A stretch of 63,971 nucleotides of DNA, the filler included, from Aduncisulcus paluster (taxonomy: Eukaryota): NCBI GenBank assembly GCA_024181965.1. It is 4 parts of 4 records of this genome, joined end to end, with 100 filler letters (N's around TTAATTAATTAA, not from the genome) between each part and the next. Parts side by side here need not be neighbours in the genome. Positions count along the whole stretch, not along the records: positions 45,176 to 61,391 come from BQXS01012538.1; positions 61,492 to 63,971 come from BQXS01012560.1; 2 more parts are not named here. One strand, given 5' to 3'. How positions within the stretch are numbered: the first letter of the stretch is position 1; each line of letters starts with the position of its first letter. Position numbers and translations under genes: made by a program. The notes under the pieces were generated by a model, which was not told the DNA's origin, did not search any database, and saw nothing but the letters and a program-made list of their open reading frames with translations. Shown piece after piece: positions 56,056 through 63,971 of this stretch.

Positions 56056-58416
56056 ATGCAATCTTTATATCCTTCCGTTCGTTATTATGCGGAAAAAAAG
56101 AGACTGTTCAAACCAGCCCCCTTATGGTTCCAATTAGATGGGGACGGAATAGCCACATATGATATATCATGCGCACAGCGTTTGTCTTTCCTTCCGTGGC
56201 AACACTTTATCATCGATACCGTTTCTCTTGGTCCCGAAAATATGATAAAGTTTCCTGATGGAGTACAATATTTTGTTCCATCAAGAACAAGTTTTTTATC
56301 TGATTTGTTCTCATTTCATTCATCTGTATGTGGTTCAAAGCCTTCTGTTCCTGCCAAAGGTAAAAGAAAAGGCAAACCAGATGAAGAATTATACAAAACG
56401 AATCACACTCAGCTTACGGCTTTATTGCGAACTGAAGAAGTTCCTTGTACACTTACTATCGATCGAGGAGGTATTGTTATTCGAGTCGAGCGTTCGAGTG
56501 GTCCCACTCAGGAATTAATCCGTCTCATGGAAATATGTGCCATTATTACCGCAGAAACTGAGTCCAAAACCAAACCAACTGATTCTTTGGAAGAGAAAAA
56601 GACCGAAGGAACGGACTCTGATGACTCGAAACCCAAAGACTCTAGTCCTAAGGTTGAAAAAGAGGATGGTGTTGGTTTATTTAGTGAAGGTGATTTGAAA
56701 GTTGGTAAAGAAACTGAAGCTGAGACGGAAAAACGCAAAGAAGATGAAGATAAGGAAAAGAAAGGGAAGAAACTGCGTGCCAAAGTTATAGCGGCTCTCA
56801 AGGCATCAGCTACGACCGATAGTACAGATTCAGATACTAAATCCTCCTCTTCCTCTTCCTCTTCTGCCACTGTTTCATACAAACACGATGTATCTTGTTT
56901 ATTTGGCCTTCTCCTTCGATCTGGCCGTGTACTTCGTTTTTTGACTTCCTCCGTTGATTCTCTGAAATCCACCGTTAAGTTCCTCTCGACCATGTGCAAT
57001 AGAACTCTAAATTATTTCCCACCGACCTTCCTTAGACCTCCCCCAACGTTGCTCACTCACACTGTTCATCTGAGTGGTGTTGGAGAGATTGAGTATGTCT
57101 GTAGTCGATTATTCACAAGACAGCAATGCTGTGGTATGGCTAGAAGTGCTAAATGTAGCGTAGATCTCTACCCATCCTCCCTGATGCTTCAGAAGAGGTT
57201 CTTTGGAGTCTGTGGACGTTCCCTGGTCTTTGCTGGTCACTCTCTTCTCGAAAGAGATCAAGAAACACACAAACTGGTCACTACACATTCTCTGTGGCGT
57301 ATTAAGCAAGTAATATCTTTCACACATCCTGCTCTCTCAACTGTTCTATGTTTTATAACACTTGACACGACCTCCACGACATGTCCTGTATTTTTCTACT
57401 TTAGGACAAAGAAAGAGAAAGAAGAGTTTTTTGTCTGTCTTCAAGATCACTGTGGTGCTCGAGGTATTCGTATCGACCTCGGTGTGTGTGGTCGTCTCGG
57501 AGATGTATCCAGAGGTGTCGAGGGCGATGAGGGTGAAGAAGGTGCCTTACCAGGTGAAGCTGATGATGATGAAGAAGAGGAGGAAGAAGAGGAGGGATCT
57601 GATTCTGAGTCATCATCCTCCTCGATCTCGTTTACTACTTCCCTCACTCTTGCTGCTGATGGAATCTCTAAGAAGAGCAAAGGTCGCAGGAAGAAGGTGA
57701 AAGAAAGTGGTGATTCTACCTCAGCCTCCAAGACAATATTACCAATCCATTCCCTCGCTTCCTCTCCTCCTTTCTACACGTGTTCTTCGAGTGCTATGGA
57801 GAGTGTATGGCGTGAACGTGTATGCGGCCTATGTGAAGTTGTTGGGGCTTACCCAGGTGATGAGAAGATATGCCTGTTTGGTCAAGAGTGTATTGCTGGA
57901 CGCAATGGAGAGTTGTTGTTCTCTGGGAAAGGTGGCAAGGGATCCAAGGCTGATGATCATTCACACCACTCACACATCTCCCTTTGGGGAACTGTCCTTG
58001 AGGAGTGGCTCGGTAGTCGTGTGACTGGCGGATGGTGCAGTGTTGCCAAAGGGCAGGCCCACAGTATTCTCACAACTCTTACTCATCTCACGGCCTCCAT
58101 GGGGGTCAAATTACTCACAGGATATCGTAGATCCACTGTAGGATCTTCTAAGGGCCGTATCGTGAACACTGAGGTTAAGAACGGTGAGTTTGTTCGTTAT
58201 GTGTGTGTATTGATGCGTGCATTGGCTTATTCAATGTCTAGTTCTGAGATATACTCTGCCATGTCAACACATCCTTCTGCTTTCTATCTTCCTTACCTTC
58301 TCTTCCCTTTCTTAACATGTCCGAATGTAATGATTTCTGCTCACGCTATCGGTGCATTCAGGTCCATTCTAACATTCGATCCTTTCCCTACGCCTGTTCT
58401 TCGTCAACCTAGGAAG

Positions 58417-58451
<35 letters not shown>

Positions 58452-61391
58452 TGATGACGGGGACGCTTACCCAATCACTCGTCTTGATACTGCCATTGGA
58501 TCCACTTCTCCTCTTCTTATAAGTGGATGTGAGACAGAAGCTCTTCCTGGAGCAGTTGAAAACACTCCCACACCACCTAGCAGACAGAAAGAATGGAGAA
58601 GCCACGTTATCTCTGCGATGGAACGTCATCGAGAGCAGTACGTGGGTTCGATGAATGGGATGCCCGCAAAGTGGCGTGAAGATGTCATTAAACTCCCTGG
58701 ACTTGAAGATAAGGCTCTAAAACCTGCGATCCCTGCCGATTCATCTTCTCCCTCGGATGTAGGCTCTTCTCCTGATCCTGGATCTCCCCCAACTCTTGTC
58801 AAAGAAGAGAAAGCACCCACCGCCAGTTCTGATGCTACCGAAGGCGAAGAGAAATCCTCTGAGGGTGCTGATAGTGCTGAGCCTAGGGTCGGGAAGGAAG
58901 CTGAAACTAGCTCTCCTGTAGCTGTCACTGAACGTGTAACCATTATATCTGACGCTGCTCCAACCAAATCTGATGCTCCTTCTGTGAGTGCTCCCACTGT
59001 CCTTCCCATGAGTATGTTCTTACCCTCATCCATTACAATCCTACTCTCCTCTCTCTTATCGCGAGCTATATCCTTAAACTCTTCCCCACTCCAACATTCC
59101 ATCCTTGTTTTTCTCGACGATATTATGCACGCCTCGAAGGGAAGATGGGCCAGTGTCTCCGTCCAGATGTGTAAGAGCATTGATATTGCTATTCCTGATG
59201 GGAGAGGAAAGTCTTGGCATACCGTTGTTGTGAATTTCTTGAGTTCTCGCAAGAGCGATCTCTTCAAACTCGCTCGTTCTTCCATTCCAGCCATCGCTCG
59301 TATCGCTTCTACCCTTTTGTCTACAGTTATTAGTGGCTATAAAACTGCATCCTCAGCCATTGATTCCTCATTTAATGATATGAAAGAAGTTGCTCTCAAT
59401 GATGGAAGTCTTGTCTTTCATACTAGAGCTCTTTTGTCTGCTCCTTCACATCAGCAGCGTGTTGCTTCGGCCACTCTTGTCTGTGCCCTCGCTGCCAACT
59501 CTGAAGAAGCCTTGTCCTTCCTCTCAAAGTGTTTCCCTTCTCAATTTGTTGATATTTTGAAGCGTGGATGGAGTGGAAATTCTGAGGCTGCTATCAAGGA
59601 ATTTTTGGAGGAAGTTCACACTGATCATTGTACTCCTTCTCTTGTATGGCATGCCCACACCCGTACAGAGCTGGAAAAGAGTCTCAAGATTGAACTCACC
59701 CTTCTCGAACGTGCAAGGGCAGCTGCTATTGATCAACAAAGAGAGAGTAGACGTGAAGAAAAGAGACAACGCCGCATTGCAAGGATCTGGGAACGTAAGG
59801 CTGGAATTACACTCTCCAGTGCCGGCACTACAGCAGTTACTACTGGCGCCACATCCTCTTCATCTCCCCCTGGTTCTCGCAGAAATAGTGTCTCTGAAGA
59901 GGTTCTACAACAATCATTGGCCTGGAATTGGATGGAGTTTGAGCCATCTTTCCCTTCTCTGACAAGACACGATATTAACGTTGGTGGTTTCTATTTGAAG
60001 GCTTTGTCCACGGCTGTCCACCGTGACTCTGATAAGCGTGAGCGTGAGATCAAACGCAAGAAGAGTGCAGTGATGAAAGCCGCCAAAAACATTGGTATTC
60101 GTTTGCTTGAGCTCGGAATGAGTGCTGATCGTGCTGGACGAATGGGAGAAGGTGTAAGCAGTATCGATGCCGGTGGTAAGGCTCTTACCGATGCCTGGCA
60201 AGAGGTTGAGTCCCTCGGTTATCCCATTATTGAGGTTAATACAGCCACATCATTTAGAGCACCCGTTCATATCCCTTCCCCTTCCCATTTCCAAGCCCAA
60301 TTGTTCACTCGTTGGTTACAAGATACGAGGGAGGATGTGAGGGTAAGTTGTGTTGAAGCAATGGGAATGCTTGAGAGATATTACCGTTTAGATTCATTCC
60401 CTTACACTTCTGTTATGATCAGTTCCCTTTCTCAGTGCATTGGAGAGCCCCTTGAGTGGGAGAAGGTGCGTAGGAAGGAGATTAGTGCGGTAGAGAAAGA
60501 TATCGAGGCCAAATCAGCAATGTTCACGGCCTTAACTTCTCCTGATGTGGCTTCTGATTCTGCTCCTGCTGCGTTCCCTCTATTGAGGAAAGCTCAGGAG
60601 GACTCTCCACTATCTGGATCATCCTTCTATTCCTTCCTTAACGTGGGAAGCAACCTCGCTCTTGCCCAGCCCATTGTCACTCTTCTGCATACGATCGCTC
60701 ATCAAACGACTCCAACACAGACGTTGTTGAAAGATGGGGGAGTTGTGTTCCTACTTGAACGTGTGGTAGGACGCTTGTGGAGCATGTGTGTTCGTGGACC
60801 AGGGACTGAGCAATCCTTTGAGGATCTTGTTTCATACTTCAATACTGCCATTGTTGATGGTGAGTTATCTCTTGTTGTTAAGAGAGACAAGGAACTGTCG
60901 CATCGTGAGAAGGGTGACGCTATATTCACACTCCTCCATGCTCTGTTCCCTCCTTCTTTGGACCCTCTTCCCAACCCTTCCTCTCTTCCCCCTGCTCTTT
61001 CATGCGTGTTCTCAGCCTTGACATCCTTATTTACGGCTTCCCTTGATGTTGCTTGTTGCGCTGCCGGATTATTCAGTGGAATTGACAAGAAAGGTCGTTT
61101 GGTAACTCCGATGCCTCTTGTTAAACGTCAACTCATGTCCAGACCTTCCCTCTCTGCTCTTCTTGCCTGTCTTCTTGTTGCTTATCCTTCTGCCGCAGCT
61201 GCTACCTGGCCTTCCTCCTTTGGCTATTCCACCAATGTCAGTGCGGAGGGATATGTGTCACCACGAACCATGACTTCTTCTGAAGAGGAAGTGTTCTTGC
61301 GTGCTGTTGTCTGTGTAGCACGTTTGTGTGAACACAACATTCTATTGTGCGGTGTTCTCTACGCAACTGGTATCCTACACGCTGTCCTGTG
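56056..61391 (+). CDS. DNAJC13: RME-8/DNAJC13 endosomal protein, 5' part (truncated by contig end)
   Basis: LLERDQETHKLV, DHCTPSLVWHAHTRTEL, AWNWMEFEPSFPSL...VGGFYL, PMPLVKRQL and LYATG match RME-8 conserved blocks in order. Confidence 0.85.
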
Positions 61392-61491
61392 NNNNNNNNN
61401 NNNNNNNNNNNNNNNNNNNNNNNNNNNNNNNNNNNTTAATTAATTAANNNNNNNNNNNNNNNNNNNNNNNNNNNNNNNNNNNNNNNNNNNN
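61392..61491. other. Artificial contig linker
   Basis: N44-TTAATTAATTAA-N44. Confidence 0.97.
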
Positions 61492-62310
61492 CCACCAATT
61501 CAGGTATCTCGATTCTCTCCAGATTCTAAGTCAATTATTGTTGGGACTTTCATCTATTCCAATGCATTTGTTTTCTCTCTTGAAGCTGGTAAGTTTAAGA
61601 TTCGGCCCAATATCTATCCTTTTGATATTATCCCTCCGTTATACACTGGCAGATATGTTTTTGATGGAGGTTGGGTCGACAATGAGCGTTTCTTTATTCT
61701 TTCAATCTCTCTTGATGATGAATCTTCTCAAAACGATCGTAAATATAGAGATAATTCTTTGAGCAAGTATTTCCAGACAGTTATGCGTGAAGAAGCAAAG
61801 AAAATGAGTGGGGCAGAAGGGCTTGCAAGCGCTGGAATGTCGCCAACTCTGATCGCATTGTCTAAGATGTTTCTCAATGACATGGACACTGTTCATTTAT
61901 TTGACAAGAGTGGGCGTATCTTGGGTGTTATCTCTCCAGATGTTACGAGAAAGGGGAAGAAGAAAGGAAACAATGAGATTTCTGATGTTGGATGCATTAG
62001 TCTGACCCTATGTAAGAATTTGGAGCAGATCAAGGGTGAAGACTTGGGAAGTGAGGAAAAAGAACTGGAAGGATGTGAGAAGAAAACAAAAGAGGAGAAA
62101 CAATCATTGAACGACAATCACAATATATATCCAATGTGTTTGTATGGAACAGAACAAGGAAATGTTTATTATTTCGATTGGGAAAAATCCCTGATAAAAT
62201 CAAAACCTGACGATAATGGTATGACATTCGTTTGGATATGTGTTGGTTTTGTTGTCGTTTTGGTGTTAGGTCTCACTATATATGGTGTGTATACGGGTAT
62301 TAAGAAATAA
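61492..62310 (+). CDS. 3' part of a WD40-like beta-propeller protein with a C-terminal TM helix
   Basis: Frame is open from the contig start (PPIQVSRFSPDSKSIIVGT...), with LYGTEQGNVYYFDW and a C-terminal hydrophobic helix followed by KK. Confidence 0.6.
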   Translation, partial: PPIQVSRFSPDSKSIIVGTFIYSNAFVFSLEAGKFKIRPNIYPFDIIPPLYTGRYVFDGGWVDNERFFILSISLDDESSQNDRKYRDNSLSKYFQTVMREEAKKMSGAEGLASAGMSPTLIALSKMFLNDMDTVHLFDKSGRILGVISPDVTRKGKKKGNNEISDVGCISLTLCKNLEQIKGEDLGSEEKELEGCEKKTKEEKQSLNDNHNIYPMCLYGTEQGNVYYFDWEKSLIKSKPDDNGMTFVWICVGFVVVLVLGLTIYGVYTGIKK

Positions 62311-62665
62311 ATAGCCTTTTTAAATACCTAGGTATTTCTGATTTGAATGCCATAGGTTGAATAAAATGAATTTATTTTTAAATAATTCGTTAATACTTTT
62401 CATGAAATTTAGGGCCTATATTACATATTGGACAGCCAAAGGGATCGTTTTTTTGTTTTTGCTATTTTCCAGAGATTCCCTTTTCAAAACAAACTATATT
62501 TTGCTCTTATTTTGTTTAAGAGCTTAGGTCTAATTTACTTTTGCAATTTATCTATCTTTTGTTGTCTATTCAATAATCTTGTTCGAGACAATTGGAGTTC
62601 AGACTGTTTTGGTTGACATTTACTTTTTATTTATTTGAATTCCTTCAAAGAATTTGATATAGCAA

Positions 62666-63801
62666 ATGAGTTCATCCAGAACCATTCAGATTGTGAAGCC
62701 AGATGTGGTCTATTCTGGTAATAGCTTTTCTATTCCCATTCCTAGAGATGCTGATAATATTCTGAATCCTGCTTTTCCAACAATTGAAGCAAGAAATGAG
62801 ACAAAGGAAGAAGGAGATGAAAAGTACGATACAAGCATTGATGCACAAAACATGCTAAAAGGTGGAAGAGAGAATTATGCGGATTTCACTCACATTTCCA
62901 TCCCTTTCTCTTCTGCCTCTTATATAAAAGGTGCTTATATCTGTCATGGTGGTCGTTCACCTTCCAAACATCTTATCTTCACTTTCACTTCTTCGACTGG
63001 TGAGAAGACATCCAAGCAATACAACTTTCCTGATTGGAGAGGATGCCATTGGTGGCTTCTCCCAATTGATCTCGCTGACGTTGTTCTGTGTGAGATTACT
63101 GGGAGGGGAAGAGAGGGAGAGTGTTTTGCTATCCAATCCCTTGTTTTCTTTCGGGAAGAAACCGCAGATGAAACTCTTGGACGTGAAACCAGAGAACACT
63201 TGCTTGAACGGCTCTGGTCTATTGAATCTCCACATGTAAAAGCCGAATTCGTTAAGGAGGCTGATTCTAAATCGTTGGGTAGAATTCTATTCCCATTCCA
63301 CGTGATGATCCAAGTGTTTTAAATCCTTCATTCTCAAAGGTTGAGGGCAAGGTTGATACTGTGTCTAAGGAATCCAAGTTGTATGATGTGAGTTGTGATG
63401 CGCAAATAATGTTAAAGGGGGGGAAAAGTGCCCTCGAAATATCCCATCTTTCCATCCCTTTCTCATCGCCTAGTCTCATGAAAGGGGCTTATATCTGTGT
63501 GGATAATGCTTGGAGTTCACCTTCTCTTCTCTTCACTTTCACTTTTTCTGATGGTAGGAAAACATCTCGGGTCTTTGAGTTTTCAAATCCAGGTTTCGGG
63601 TTTGGGGTCAAATATGGATGGTACTTCCTTCCTTTTGGCTTTGATCATGCTGACATAAAATTGGATGTTATTTCCTGTGATATTGAAGGAAAAGGACAAT
63701 GGGGTGAAAAAACAAGCAGAACTTTCTTTATCTTTTCCCTTGTATTTGTTAAGCCAGATGACATCGTGGCAGGAGAAGGAGAAGAAGAAGAAGAAAAATA
63801 A
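62666..63801 (+). CDS. Lineage-specific protein with two tandem ~170-aa beta-rich domains; frameshift near 63285
   Basis: Both halves share SIPIPRD, AQxMLKGG, HxSIPFSSxSxxKGAYIC, LxFTFT, WxxLP and FxIxSLVF. The second SIPIPRDDPSVLNP is in the frame of ORF 63361..63801 from about 63286. Confidence 0.75.
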
Positions 63802-63971
63802 GGTATGATAAAAAGACCCCTCTTTACATAAGGTTGTTGACTGTTTTCCAGTTTAAAAGTGAAAAGATTGGTATAATTGGTGTCATTAGCTGCTGATGAC
63901 TCATCAGAATGGCTCTATGAATGAATAAAATAATGGATGTAAGAGATACTTAAACGAAACTTAAACCTAAT

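Noticed and set aside
63280..63322. Euplotes-type stop-coupled frameshift in the last gene
   Set aside because: Internal homology places the shift near 63285, about 35 nt before the stop, so it is a simple 1-nt deletion.

Overview
Gene-dense, intron-poor eukaryotic DNA from a flagellated protist using the standard code (genes end in TAA, TAG and TGA). The gene families resemble those I recall from Carpediemonas-like fornicates such as Aduncisulcus, which is an inference. The window is four contigs joined by artificial 100-nt linkers (N44-TTAATTAATTAA-N44) and contains five tandem duplications that look like assembly artefacts. Recognisable genes: DNAH10-type axonemal dynein heavy chain (3' part), ATG10-like E2, a highly divergent ORC3-like protein, a spliced PIERCE1/2-like microtubule inner protein, GuaD-type guanine deaminase, SLC35F6-like and MFS transporters, a kinase with KEG/HERC2-like SH3 repeats, a Myb protein, TRM11 plus an inverted partial copy, a 5'-nucleotidase, a TmcB-like PAS membrane protein, RME-8/DNAJC13 and two identical tRNA-Glu(CTC) genes. 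The most unusual signal is a recurrent intergenic structure: chains of overlapping perfect inverted repeats with a single, mostly G/C, central base and no shared sequence, seen at eight loci. All family calls come from motif recognition by eye, not from database searches.
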